From assembly GCA_963832205.1 (NCBI GenBank), contig CAWHTK010000003.1:54764-118763 (forward strand): 64,000 nt of DNA, given 5' to 3'. A model generated the notes under the pieces. It searched no databases. It was not told where the DNA came from and saw only the letters and a list, made by a program, of their open reading frames with translations. Shown piece by piece: positions 42,135 through 53,800 of this stretch. Each line of letters opens with the position of its first letter. Within the stretch, counting starts at the first letter, position 1. The stretch comes from Blastocatellia bacterium (GTDB lineage Bacteria; Acidobacteriota; Blastocatellia; UBA7656). Both the position numbers and the translations under genes were made by a program.

Positions 42135-43919
42135 ATGACAAGCATAGCGGAAAAGAAAAAGGTGCTCCGGGGCGGAAGCTTCCTTTTCGAGGAACACGAT
42201 CCAAAGGAGGTATTCACTCCCGACGACCTGAGCGACGAGCACAGGATGATCGCGCAGACGGCGGCTGAATTCACCGAGAAAGAAGTGTTGCCGCTCGACG
42301 CGGAGATAGAATCTAAGGATTACAACCTGACGCGCGAGCTGCTCAGGAAGGCCGGAGAGCTAGGGCTCATATCGATTGACATACCCGAGCGATTCGGCGG
42401 CGCGGGGCTGGACCTGCTCAGCTCGCTCGTGGCGTCGGAGAACATGTCGGGCCAGGCCTCTTTTTCCGGCTCGCTGGGCGCGCATACGACGATCGGCACT
42501 CTACCCATAGTCTATTTCGGCACCGAGGAGCAGAAGAAGAAATATCTGCCGAAACTGGCGACGGCCGAGTGGGTAGGCGCTTACGCGCTGACGGAATCCG
42601 GGTCCGGGTCGGACGCGCTCGGCGCGAAGACGAAGGCCACGTTGAGCGAGGACGGGACGCACTACACGCTCAACGGCCAGAAGATGTGGATCACGAACGC
42701 GGGGTTTGCCGACATATTCATCGTATTCGCCAAAGTTGACGGCGATAAGTTCACCGCGTTTATCGTGGAGCGGACGTTCCCCGGCGTTTCGGTCGCGCCC
42801 GAAGAGCACAAGATGGGCCTGCACGGGTCGTCGACCTGCGCGGTCAATCTGGACAACGCGCAGATTCCGGCCGAAAACGTCCTGGGCGAAATCGGCAAAG
42901 GCCATAAGATCGCCTTCAATATTTTGAACATCGGCCGCCTCAAGCTCGGCGTCGGCGCGATAACCGGGTCGAAGCGACTCGTCTCGATCGCGACCGAATA
43001 CGCCAAACAGCGGCACCAGTTCGGCGTCCCCATCGCGTCATTCGGGTTGATCAAGCACAAGCTGGCCGAGATGGCCATCCGCGCCTACGTTGCCGACTGC
43101 ATGACTTACCGCACGGTAGGCATGATCGAAGAGGCGCTCAAGACCGTTGACCGCGACGCGCCCGAACAGGTGCTCAAGGCGATTGAGGATTACGCCGTCG
43201 AGTGCTCGATCATCAAGGTGGCCGGGAGCGAAACGCTCGATTACGTCTCGGACGAGGCGGTCCAGGTCTTCGGCGGCAACGGCTATTCGAAGGATTACCC
43301 GGTCGAGCGCGCATACCGCGACGCGCGAATAAGCCGCATCTATGAAGGCACGAACGAGATCAACCGGTTGATCATGTCGGGCCAGATACTGAGGCGTTCG
43401 GCTAAGGGCGAGCTGCCGCTCTTTGCTGCCGCCAAACAGCTCATGGACGAGATGCTTTCTCCGTCGATGCCCGAGGAGCCGGGTGACGAGGTCTTCGCGC
43501 AGGAGCGCGTGGCGCTCTCGAACGCGAAAAAGGCTCTGGTGGCCGTTTTGGGGCTCGCGGCCCAAAAGTATCGCGACAAGGTGCAGGACCAGCAGGAGGT
43601 GCTCGCCGCCGGTAGCGACATCATCATGGAGATATTCGGCATGGAGAGCGCGATACTGCGGACCGAGAAGCAGGTCGGCCTCAGAGGCGAGGGAGCGTCG
43701 GAGATTCACATCGCGGCGACCCGGACGTTCGTCAGCGACTCGATACAGCGCGTCGAGCATCATGCCAAGACCGCTCTCGCCGCCATGACCGAAGGCGACG
43801 AGCTGAGGACCATGCTCGCCGTGCTCCGCCGTTACATGAAGGTCACCCCCTACAACACGATCGAGGCGCGGAGGCGAATAGCCGACTCGATAATCGAAGC
43901 CGGGCGGTATAACCTTTAG
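42135..43919 (+). CDS. fadE: Acyl-CoA dehydrogenase (Bacillus FadE-like)
   Basis: ALTESGSGSD, KMWITN, HKMG and RIYEGTNEI motifs. 594 aa, in the fadNAE context. Confidence 0.92.
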   Translation: MTSIAEKKKVLRGGSFLFEEHDPKEVFTPDDLSDEHRMIAQTAAEFTEKEVLPLDAEIESKDYNLTRELLRKAGELGLISIDIPERFGGAGLDLLSSLVASENMSGQASFSGSLGAHTTIGTLPIVYFGTEEQKKKYLPKLATAEWVGAYALTESGSGSDALGAKTKATLSEDGTHYTLNGQKMWITNAGFADIFIVFAKVDGDKFTAFIVERTFPGVSVAPEEHKMGLHGSSTCAVNLDNAQIPAENVLGEIGKGHKIAFNILNIGRLKLGVGAITGSKRLVSIATEYAKQRHQFGVPIASFGLIKHKLAEMAIRAYVADCMTYRTVGMIEEALKTVDRDAPEQVLKAIEDYAVECSIIKVAGSETLDYVSDEAVQVFGGNGYSKDYPVERAYRDARISRIYEGTNEINRLIMSGQILRRSAKGELPLFAAAKQLMDEMLSPSMPEEPGDEVFAQERVALSNAKKALVAVLGLAAQKYRDKVQDQQEVLAAGSDIIMEIFGMESAILRTEKQVGLRGEGASEIHIAATRTFVSDSIQRVEHHAKTALAAMTEGDELRTMLAVLRRYMKVTPYNTIEARRRIADSIIEAGRYNL

Positions 43920-43936
43920 GGAAAGGGCCAGGGGCA

Positions 43937-44053
43937 GTGAAGAGGTGAAGGGGCTACACAGAGAAGGGGTGATAGGGTGATCTTTTGAGATATGCTATTT
44001 CAAATTTCAAATACCAAATCACTGACAATCCCGACACCCTTTCACCTCTTCAC
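43937..44053. repeat. Intergenic inverted-repeat (REP/MITE-like) element
   Basis: 13-bp terminal inverted repeat gtgaagaggtgaa/ttcacctcttcac enclosing short tandem motifs (gggtga x2, tttcaaa x2). Confidence 0.5.
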
Positions 44054-44072
44054 CGTTTCATCATAGCTACAA

Positions 44073-45017
44073 ATGCGCATTCACCGTATAAGTGTCCCGA
44101 CTCCATTTTACGTAGGGCCTGTAAATGTCTATCTGATCGAGGAAGACCCGCTCACGCTCGTCGACGCCGGGCCGCGCGACGACGCGGCGATAGAGGCTTT
44201 GAGGGCGGGGCTCGCCCGGCTCGGCTATAAATTCTCCGACATCAAGCGGATCATCATCACACACGCGCACGCGGACCATTACGGGCTCGCGAGGGTGATA
44301 GTTGAAGAGTCTGGCGCCGTGCCCTATATACACGAGTGGGACGCGCCGGCGGTTTCGGACGCGACAGATTACACCGCCTACCGCCGCATCCTCGCTCAAG
44401 CGGGCGTACCTCGCGAAACGATAGAACGCATGGAGGCGGGCTATGAGCGGTTCAAAGGGTATGCTTTTCCGCTCGACCGTGTCGAGGTCTTGCGCGACGA
44501 GCAGGAGATACTGTTCGAGAAAGAGAGCCTCAGCGTTGTACACACGCCCGGACACACGCCGGGGTCGATATGCCTCGTCAGGAAGAGCAACCGAACGGTA
44601 TTCGCCTCTGACACGGTGCTGAAGAATATAACCCCGAACCCTGTGCTGAGCCCCGACCCGGTGGATGAGGAACGCAGGTTTCAATCTCTCGGCGAATACC
44701 TCGTGTCGCTTGCGCGGATTCGCGGGCTCAGCCCGACGGTCCTCAAGGGCGGCCACGGCGACGACGTGGAAGATTTCGACGAGCATTTCAACCGCCTCTA
44801 CCGATTTACGATGGAACGGCAGACGAAGCTAATATCGATGCTGCCCGGCGAAGGGGCCACGGCCTGGGATGCGTCGCTAAAGCTCTTCCCGGATGCGAAA
44901 AGCTATCACCGATTTCTTGCGCTCTCTGAAACGGTCGCGCACCTCGATTATGCCGCTTCCGAAGGCCGCCTCGTGTTAGAGAAAAGGGACGGCAAGGACA
45001 CCTACCTGAGAGTTTGA
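44073..45017 (+). CDS. MBL-fold metallo-hydrolase
   Basis: THAHADH, HTPGHT and GHG motifs, with a C-terminal winged-helix-like tail. Confidence 0.9.
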   Translation: MRIHRISVPTPFYVGPVNVYLIEEDPLTLVDAGPRDDAAIEALRAGLARLGYKFSDIKRIIITHAHADHYGLARVIVEESGAVPYIHEWDAPAVSDATDYTAYRRILAQAGVPRETIERMEAGYERFKGYAFPLDRVEVLRDEQEILFEKESLSVVHTPGHTPGSICLVRKSNRTVFASDTVLKNITPNPVLSPDPVDEERRFQSLGEYLVSLARIRGLSPTVLKGGHGDDVEDFDEHFNRLYRFTMERQTKLISMLPGEGATAWDASLKLFPDAKSYHRFLALSETVAHLDYAASEGRLVLEKRDGKDTYLRV

Positions 45018-45096
45018 TCTCTTGTAGCATTTACCTCAGCCGAGACTCCTATTCCGCCTTGTTTTCGCTGACGGGCGTTCATATAATCGCCCCCTG

Positions 45097-46662
45097 ATGA
45101 GCCTTATCCCATCATATTTCAATCTCTACGACTATTTCCTCGGCGATGCGCTTATAACATCCCGCGCCAACTTCACCGCTATAGAGTTCCGCGGCGGCCG
45201 TATAACTTACGGCGAGCTCAAAAGGGAAGTGGACTTCTGGACCGAGCAGATCGCGGGTTGCGGTATCGGCCAGGGCGACAGGGTAGCGATACTTCTGTTT
45301 GACTCCCCGGAATGGATTGCCTGTTTTCTTGCGACCATCTCGATCGGCGCGGTGTCGGTGCCGATAAATACTTACCTGACCCCGGAGGAAGTGAGCTACA
45401 TACTGGCGGATTCGGGGGCGCGACTCGTGATCGCGGAGGACGACCTGGAGTGGAAGATCGAGACGGACGACGAGCGGCTGCCGCAGGGGTTTTCGATGCT
45501 TGTCGTCGACAGCGTCGCGCGCCATTATCTTGACCCGAAGGATGAGATCGCCCCTCGCCCGCCGCTCGCGGCAACGACCAGGGAGACGCCGGCCTTCCTG
45601 CTCTACACGTCGGGCAGCACCGGGACGCCCAAGGGAGCCCTGCACAGGCACGGCGCGGTCCCGCAGACGGTTGAATCTTATTCAAAGAATATTCTGCGCT
45701 TGACCGAGCGGGACCGCGTCTATTCTTCCTCGCGCCTCTTTTTCGCTTACGGGCTCGGCAACAGCCTCTCATTCCCGCTCGAAGCGGGCGCGACCGTCAT
45801 ACTCGACAGCGAGCGGCCCACGGCGGAGCGGTTGTCCAAGATATTCGAGGAGCAATCCCCGACCGTCTTTTTCGGGGTGCCGGCTGTTTACCGGATGCTG
45901 CTGGACATTCGCCGCGCGGGCGCGCGTATAGACCTTTCCTCCTTGCGGCTGTGCGTCTCGGCGGGCGAGGCGCTGCCCGAAAACATCTTCGCGGACTGGG
46001 CGCGCCAGTACGGACTCCAGATACTCGACGGGATCGGCTCGACCGAGATGCTACACATATTCATCTCGAACAGGGAGCGCGAGGCCAGGGCCGGGTCGAG
46101 CGGCAGGATTGTGGAAGGATATAATGCGCGGCTCCTGGACGACCAGGGAGCGGAGGTCTCGGGGGCGGGGGTGGGCCACCTCTTCGTTCGCGGCGACAGT
46201 TCGACTCTTGGCTACTGGAATCTTTCGGAGCTTACGGCGAGGACGCTAAGTGACGGATGGGTGCGCACGGGCGACATATACCGCAGGTGCGAGGACGATT
46301 TTTATTATCACGTGGGGCGCTCGGACGACTGCTTCAAGGTGCGCGGCATGTGGGTTTCTCCCATAGAGGTCGAGACGGCCCTGCTGGCGCACGACGCGGT
46401 CACGGAGGCGGCCGTGGTCGAGGCATTTGACGAAAAGGGGCTGGCAACCGCGCGCGCCTATGTCGTCATCCGAACAGATGAGGCCAGCGAGGCGCTCAAG
46501 GAAGAACTGCGGAATCTTGTGGGTTCGCGGCTCCCCTCATACAAAGTACCGTCGCAGATAGAATTCATAGAAGAGATGCCTCGGACCTCCACCGGCAAAA
46601 TTCAGCGGTACAGGCTAAGGGCCGGCAGCCGCGAGCGCGCAACGGGAGAATCGGATGGTTGA
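45097..46662 (+). CDS. Benzoate-CoA ligase family protein
   Basis: YTSGSTGTPKG, LFFAYGLGN, DGIGSTE and TSTGKIQR motifs. Confidence 0.9.
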   Translation: MSLIPSYFNLYDYFLGDALITSRANFTAIEFRGGRITYGELKREVDFWTEQIAGCGIGQGDRVAILLFDSPEWIACFLATISIGAVSVPINTYLTPEEVSYILADSGARLVIAEDDLEWKIETDDERLPQGFSMLVVDSVARHYLDPKDEIAPRPPLAATTRETPAFLLYTSGSTGTPKGALHRHGAVPQTVESYSKNILRLTERDRVYSSSRLFFAYGLGNSLSFPLEAGATVILDSERPTAERLSKIFEEQSPTVFFGVPAVYRMLLDIRRAGARIDLSSLRLCVSAGEALPENIFADWARQYGLQILDGIGSTEMLHIFISNREREARAGSSGRIVEGYNARLLDDQGAEVSGAGVGHLFVRGDSSTLGYWNLSELTARTLSDGWVRTGDIYRRCEDDFYYHVGRSDDCFKVRGMWVSPIEVETALLAHDAVTEAAVVEAFDEKGLATARAYVVIRTDEASEALKEELRNLVGSRLPSYKVPSQIEFIEEMPRTSTGKIQRYRLRAGSRERATGESDG

Positions 46663-47638
46663 CAAAAAGAGGCTCGTTTTATTGCTGACCGCACTTGCGT
46701 CACTTGTGTCTATAAACGTGGTCGCGATGGCCCAGCAGGGGTGGTCGCAAGCGCAGACCATAAGGTTCGGCAACGGCAAGGCTGAGATAAATGCCGTTTT
46801 CTTCAGCGGCGAAGAGATCTGGATTGCGGGCGCGGGCGGGTACATGGCGCGCTCGTACGATGACGGTAGGACTTTTCAGCAGATAAACTCCGGCGTCAAC
46901 GACGGGCTCAACGACGTATATGCGCGCGGGCGGCGCGTGTGGATAGTCGGCGATTCGGGCGTGATCTTGAGAAGCACGGACGGCGGAAGAAGCTTTTTAA
47001 AGCATTACTATACTTCGCGCGATAAACCGGGGAGCGACCCCGCGGGCGCGGCCGGGGCCGTCGATTTATACTCCGTGCTTTTCACCGACGCGGATTATGG
47101 CTGGATCGTGGGCGATAACGGGCTGGTGCTGGCGACGACGGACGGAGGCGCATCCTGGCGCGAGCAGCGGACCGGGACCGACTCTCAGTTGTTCCATCTC
47201 AGTTTTCATAAAGACAGGGGCTGGATAGTGGGCACGGGCGGGGTCGTGCTACACACATACGACGGGGGGCGGAACTGGTACCCACAGCGATCCGGCGTGA
47301 CCGAGGATTTGAATCGCGTGCTCTTCGCCACGGACGAGGTGGGGGTAATCACCGGCGACAACGGAACACTGCTGAGGACAGAGAACGGCGGCGCCACCTG
47401 GGAGCGCGTTCGGCTCGGGTTTAATGAGCCGCTTTTCGGCATAAGCTTTATCGACAAGAAGACCGGTTGGGTCGTCGGCTATAGCGGCCGGATCATACGC
47501 ACATACGACGGAGGCCGCAACTGGGTCGAGCAGGACAGCTCGACCGGCACGGACCTGTTTTCAGTCTCCTTCTACAAGAACCGGGGTTATGCCATCGGCC
47601 GCGACGGGGTGATCATGAAGTATTTCGAGAGAAGGTGA
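46655..47638 (+). CDS. YCF48/BNR-repeat beta-propeller secreted protein
   Basis: Signal peptide and repeated GWIVG..G.IL.T.DGG..W motifs. Confidence 0.9.
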   Translation: MVDKKRLVLLLTALASLVSINVVAMAQQGWSQAQTIRFGNGKAEINAVFFSGEEIWIAGAGGYMARSYDDGRTFQQINSGVNDGLNDVYARGRRVWIVGDSGVILRSTDGGRSFLKHYYTSRDKPGSDPAGAAGAVDLYSVLFTDADYGWIVGDNGLVLATTDGGASWREQRTGTDSQLFHLSFHKDRGWIVGTGGVVLHTYDGGRNWYPQRSGVTEDLNRVLFATDEVGVITGDNGTLLRTENGGATWERVRLGFNEPLFGISFIDKKTGWVVGYSGRIIRTYDGGRNWVEQDSSTGTDLFSVSFYKNRGYAIGRDGVIMKYFERR

Positions 47639-47660
47639 GAGACGAAAGCGTTGGAGAAAT

Positions 47661-47693
47661 AAAAAAGGGGTTAGCCCGCGGGCTAACCCCTTT
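47661..47693. terminator. Bidirectional intrinsic terminator
   Basis: aaaggggttagccc-gc-gggctaaccccttt between convergent genes. Confidence 0.8.
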
Positions 47694-47714
47694 CGCGTTA
47701 TGGGTGAGCACCCG

Positions 47715-50517
47715 TTATTGGAAATCGCGCACGCCCTGAGAATCAAAGGTCGTGTCCTGAACCAGCGTGTCGCCCACGCGGCGGACGCGGATCGTAGTGA
47801 CGCCGCAGATCGGGTTCGTCACGCGAAGCACACGTCTCGCCCCATCGGGCAGGAACTGGCTGAGCGATTGACCGTTTATATTGCCCTTGGCTTCGAGCTT
47901 ACGCCCGTTGCTCTTGATCCTGACGTTTGAGAACGCGAAGAACTGCGTCCCCGCTTCATCGGCCGACAGCTCGACGGAGACGCCGGTCAGGAATCGGACC
48001 TCTGTGCCGCCCGCGGGCGTCGTGACCTCCATCTTGATCTTCTTCACCGAGCTGTTGAGATCAAGCTCCGAGACGTCGATCGTCGGCCCAGGCCCAGCGA
48101 TAGTGAAGACCGCGTTGCTGGTGTCGGTCGATGTGGCATTCGACAGGCTCGTCGCGCGGATGACTACCTGCGCCGTGCTTGTGCATATGCTCGGCACGGT
48201 CCAGGCAAACGTCCTGATGTTGGCCGCGAGCGCGGGGCCGGTCGGGTTGACCGGGGTAATGTTTGTGAAGGTCTGGCCGTTGTTGGTGGTGAGGAACAGA
48301 TCGAATCCGCGCACTTGCGCTTCGAGCGCCTGCGGCACGGTCCAGGTAATGTTAAAGACCTGGCCGAACCTTAATGTTTCGCCGCCGTTCGGAGCAGTCA
48401 AGACTACGGCGACGCCGACATCGCTTATCGCGAAGTTCGCGTTGCTATCATCCTGCGCGCTGCCGCCCGCGTTATCGAAGGCGATCACGCGGATACGGGC
48501 GGTCGTCGTGTTGAGCCCGGTCTCTACGTTCCAGAGGAACGACCGCGCGGTGCCCACGACGCTGGGAGCGATGATGCGGTCGAAGCTCGTCCCTCCGTTT
48601 GTCGATAGCAAGATGGTGAAGTGGTCGAGCGTGGCGTTGCCTTCGGGATCAGATGCGGTCCAGGTGATCTCGAAAGTTGTTCCACCCTGTACGACCTCAT
48701 CGCCGTTGGGGTCGGTGACGGTCACGGTCGGGTTTGTATTTATAGGTGGGATCGAGTCCGGGTCCGCAAGGATAACGTATGCCTTCCCGGCGTCGGTTCT
48801 CGTCCCCCCGCCGGGGACCGCGACATCGACAAAGGGTGCGCTGACGATCAGGTCGCGGCCAAGATTGTTATCAAGGTCCGCGGTTGCGATTGCCCAGCCG
48901 AATTCATCTCCGGCGGCCTCGCCGTTTATACGTATGTCGTCCTGATTCACTTCCAGAAGGAACGCCGGCTGGCTGAGAAGTCTCGCGCCGCCGAAGACCG
49001 CCGAGACATAACCCTGATTCGAATCGCCGCCGGGCGCGCCGACGATCACGTCCGCAATCGTATCGTTGTTAACGTCGAGATTAAATCGACCGGCATGGAC
49101 GCTCGAACCGAGATGGTCGCCGGCTGCCGCGCCAAAGATGGTCGCGGTGGCGTTTGCAAGCGATATATCGATTGAAGTCTGGTCGTCTATAGTCGGGCCG
49201 CCCGCGAATACATATGCCTCGCCGGAGCCTGCCCGCGCGTCGCCGAGTCCGTCGGCATCGGGCGCGCCGATCACCAGGTCGACTACCGCGTCGCCCGTCA
49301 CGTCGCCCACCGATACGGCCGCGCCCGCATGATCAATGGCCGACGTGCCGAATAAGGTGACCAGTTGTGTCGCGGTAGCGGTCGTCGTATCTATCACGCG
49401 CGTCGCCTGCCCCGCGGGAGGATCGAGATTCGCGCCTCCGAATACTATGTGGACCGCGCCTGCCGCCGCGCGCGGGGTGACGCCGGGAGTCGTCGTCTCG
49501 GGCGCGCCGATAACCAGGTCGGGCGAGGAGCCGGCATTGACATCTCCTATGGCAAGCGCGCTCCCAAGCCGTTGTCCGGCCGCGCCGAAGACAATGACGT
49601 TGGGCGGCGTGGTGGCCGATGCAACGTCGATGACCTTAGTGGTGGCCGCGGCGTTAGCGAAGGTCGCGCCGCCCGAGAGGACGAAAGCCGCGCCCGCGTT
49701 GTTGCGCGGGTTTGCAGCGTCCGGCCCGTCGTTTTCGGGCGCGCCGATCATAACGTCGATTGTCGTGTTGGGACTAAATATGTCGCCGGTTGCTATGCTG
49801 CTTCCGAAGCGGTCGCCTGAGCGCTGACCTATAACGAGCACGTTGGCCGCGTTGGCGGTCGCCAGGTCGACAATCCTCGGGGTGAGAGTCGTCCCGCCAA
49901 AGAGGACGAAGACCGCGCCGACATCAGGGCGGGCGGGGTTTGGCGTGGCGGCGGGGGCGTCAAACCCCGGCGCGCCGATCAGCAAATCATCCGCGCCGTC
50001 GTTGTTGACATCACCCGCGGCCACGGCGAAGCCTATGTTGTCATCCGCCGCGCCGCCGAAGATTTTGATTTCGGGTTGGAGCAGGGCAGTGAGGTTTGTA
50101 TCGAATACGCTCGGCAGCACAAAATTCTGCCGGCCGAATATTATATAGACCGCGCCCGCGTTACCGCGAACAGGCTGTGCTTGAGGCGTAAAGTCCGCAT
50201 CAGGCGCTCCGATGGCGATGTCCTGGATTCCATCGTCGTTGAAATCGCCGGTCGCAAGAGCCTTCGCCCGTCGGAAAAGTGCCAAAAGTATTGGGCGAGC
50301 CGTTGCCGCCCAGGTGGTCGTTGCTTGCGGCGCCCAAAACCTGAATCGCAGCCGAATTCGGTGTTGCGCCGAGGTCAATATTAACAATGGTCTTAGCCGT
50401 GAAGTCATCGGCGGAGACCCTTATAGCGATCAAAATCAATGCAAACGAAAGCAAGAGACTGAGCTTTGTTAGTCTCGACGGTGCTCGGCCCGCGAGAGTT
50501 GAGCGGAAATGCTTCAT
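47715..50517 (-). CDS. Secreted FG-GAP/integrin-alpha-repeat protein with C-terminal Ig-like domains (frameshift near 50280)
   Basis: About seven G.A.A.GD.N.DG..D..IGAP repeats and two PNG.E...G....ITW domains. Signal peptide in ORF 50200..50517. Confidence 0.88.
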
Positions 50518-50842
50518 TGCTTGCTATTAACCCCCTTCTTTATCTATTGGTCCGTTCAAGTTGGCTATTTTAACACCAGGGCGCGGACCAGGACAATGAA
50601 ATTTCTACTGTGTCACCGGTGTACTCATCGAAGCTGAAATAACTGGAAATAAGTTGTTGACTCATAAATCGAATTCTGATATTTTCCGACCCTTGTGAGG
50701 CGCCTGAAATATGGAAGGCGAGAATTCTGGTAAAAAGGGGCCTCATGGATCGGACCAGCTTGAAGCATCGCGAGCGATAACCTTTCTTGATGTACGGGTA
50801 AGCCCCAGCTCTTCTTTGCTGAAACATTCAAAGGCCGGGTAA

Positions 50843-53800
50843 ATGTATCAACCTCTTTATGTCCGCCCGATAGCAGTTGACGAGAGAGACGCGCTCGAGC
50901 GCCACCGGTGTTCGGCCAACAAGGAGGAGTCGTGTCGGGCATCGGTCATACTGTTGTCGTCGGAAGGAAAATCCGCGCCCGAGATCAGCAAGCTGCTCGG
51001 CTCTCACCCCTCGAACATAAAAAAATGGATAAGGCGATTCAACACCGAGGGGCTCTCCGGGATAGCGGTAAAGAAGCGCGGGCCGCAGGGAGGTCCGCGG
51101 CCGAAATTTACTATTGAGCAGATAGACTCGATACTGAGCCTTGCCGAGAAGGATCCCGTCCGAGATCGGCTACAGGTTTAAGGAGTGGACGCCGCAAAAG
51201 CTGGCTACGGTGGCGATCGAGCGAGGGATAGTCGAGCGGATAAGTCATGTCACAGTCCGCCAGATACTGAAGCGGCACGAAGCCCTGGGACCGGCCCTGG
51301 GAGCGGGTTTGCGGGCGACGGATGGTCGCGGTGACGCGGGCGGGCCGGCCGCGGGGCCGCGGACGGAACTCAACCTCGGCGAAGCGGCGCTGGCGCAATC
51401 ACACTATGACGTGGCGGTCTCGCACTTCTACGCCGCGCTCGAAGAGAAGTCTCTTTCGGTCGAGGAGGAGGCGAGAGTCAGGGTGCTGCTCAGCAAGGGG
51501 CTCGAAGAGCTGAGCAAGTATGAAGAGGCATACGCGGCCATCTCGCTCTACGAAGACTCGAGGACGGTTGCGCTGCTCGGGCTGCGCTCGCGCGCGAGGG
51601 TGCGGCTGAGGCTCGGCTGGGTCGATTGTTTCCAGGGCAAACACCCGAAGGCCATCGCGTCGTTGAACGAGGCCAAGCGACTATTCCTCGAACTCGGGGA
51701 CGAGCTTGGGATGAGCGAGGCGCACTATGCGCTCGGCCGGACCTACATAGAGCTGAACGAGTTCAGGATCGCGCGCGACCATCTGGTTGCCGCCGTCAAC
51801 GCGCAGAAGACGGTACGCGACCGCGAGCTTCTGGCGCTCGTCTATCAACGGCTCGGCACGGTCGATTTCGGGGAAGGCGCTTTTTCCAGTTCAAAGGAGT
51901 TTTACCTTAAAGCGCTCGAGCTTGCGGAAGGGTCGGCGAACACAAACCTGATAGGCGGCATACTTGTAAACCTCGGAACAATGCTTTTCGGCGGCGCGCT
52001 TTCCGACAAGCAGGAAGCGATCAAGTATCTTCAGCGCGGGATAAGCTCCCTGGAGAAGGGCGGGCACAAGGATTTTCTCGTTCAGGGTTATAACAACCTC
52101 GGCGACACGCTCCGCTATTCCGGGCTCTGGGAAGAAGCGGTCCTGAATTTAAACAAGGCCATCGAGACTGCCCACCAGTTCTCTCTGGCGAACCACGAAG
52201 CGATAGCGAGGACGACGCTCGCCGAGATACTGTGCGCGAGGGGCAGCTACGAAGAGGCCGAGCGGCAGCTATCGACGAGCCTGGACCTGATCGACGGGCA
52301 GGGAGACAAATGGCTCGAGAGCAATATCCTGAGAATACTGGCGACGGTCTATAAAGCAACCGGGCGGATCGATGCGGCCCTCAAGACTCTAAGGCAGACG
52401 CTTCAGCTCTCCACTTCGATAGGCGACCTGTACGGTGTGACTCTGGCAATGGTAGGGCTGGCCGAGGTACACGTATCGCAGGGGGGGCACGACCAGGCGC
52501 GCGAGTACCTGGAGCTTGCGCAAGGGCGGCTCAAGGAGGAGATGTACCTGCCCGTGTCGGGGCTGATCCAGAGACTGGTAGGCCAGCTTGAGGCGGCGCG
52601 CGGGCGGCTCGCGGAAGCGAAGCAGCATATTGCGCAGAGCATATCAATCTTTACGACGACCGATATCCCGTACGATCTGGCGAAGAGCTACTACGAGATG
52701 GGCCTGCTTCTGAGGAAGGCGCGCGACCTGAGCGGGTTCGAGGCGAACCTGATAAAAGCCAAGAAGATATTCGAACAACTCGGCGCGGAGCCCGACCTCG
52801 AGCAGATTCGCAACGCGTTATCCTCTGTGGCGCAGGCCGAGCAGTCGGCGCAGGTGCTAAAGGTCAACCCGCAGAACGACGTGTTGCTCATGCAGAGATT
52901 GATTGAAGCGTCGGCTTCGCGCGAGCTTTTGCTCAGGGAACTTGCGGCGGTAGTCTGCGAGAATTTTCCGGTGGAGCAGGTGGCGATATGCAGGGTTGAG
53001 GACACGGGCAGGGCCGAGCCGCTTGTCGTTCAGGGGATCAACCGGATTGAAGCCGAGAGGCTATGCGCGCGCAACGAGTTCTCAGTAACGGAGAGCGTAA
53101 GCCCCGCGGCGGAAGGCTACACTATCAGGATCGGGGAAGACGCGCGGCACCCGATAATCATCTATGTAAAGACCGAAAGCCTTCCGGACCTTGGGAGGCT
53201 GCAGCCGCTATTAAAACAGGCGGAGCTGGGGCTTGAAACCTGTCAGCTTCGGGCGGCGGCCAGGGGCGGGACGGCGAGAAACGTCGAGCAGCGGATTCAA
53301 ACGATAATGCCCGGGATTTATCGTCGCGAGCCCTTCGATGTTTGACGTCATAGAAAAGATTTACAAGATTCGCACGAGCGACGTGACGGTATTGATCACG
53401 GGCGAATCGGGGACGGGGAAAGAGCTGGTTGCGAGACACATCCACGCGCAATCGGCGAGGGCGAGGGCGATCTTCCTCCCCTTTAATTGCACCGCGACAC
53501 CGAAGGATATAATTGACAGCCAGCTATTCGGGCACCGCCGCGGGTCATTCACGGGAGCAACGGCGAATTATCCCGGCATAATAAAGGCGGCCGAGGGCGG
53601 GACGCTCTTTTCTCGACGAGATTGGCGACCTGTCGCTCGAAGTTCAGCCGAAGCTTATGCGCTTTTTGCAAGAGGGAGAGATACAGCCTATCGGGGAGAC
53701 GAAGCCCTTACGAGTAGACGTGCGGATACTTGCCGCGACGAATACGGACCTGGAGAGGGCGGTCGAGGATGGCCGTTTTCGCGAGGACCTTTTTCACAGG

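Noticed and set aside
47881-50472. Long plus-strand ORFs opposite the FG-GAP gene, and similar antisense ORFs throughout
   Set aside because: Shadow ORFs expected from high-GC codon bias. No motifs.
50843-51290. Intact IS630 insertion sequence
   Set aside because: No DDE catalytic domain or terminal inverted repeats seen. The second HTH is in frame with the TPR region.
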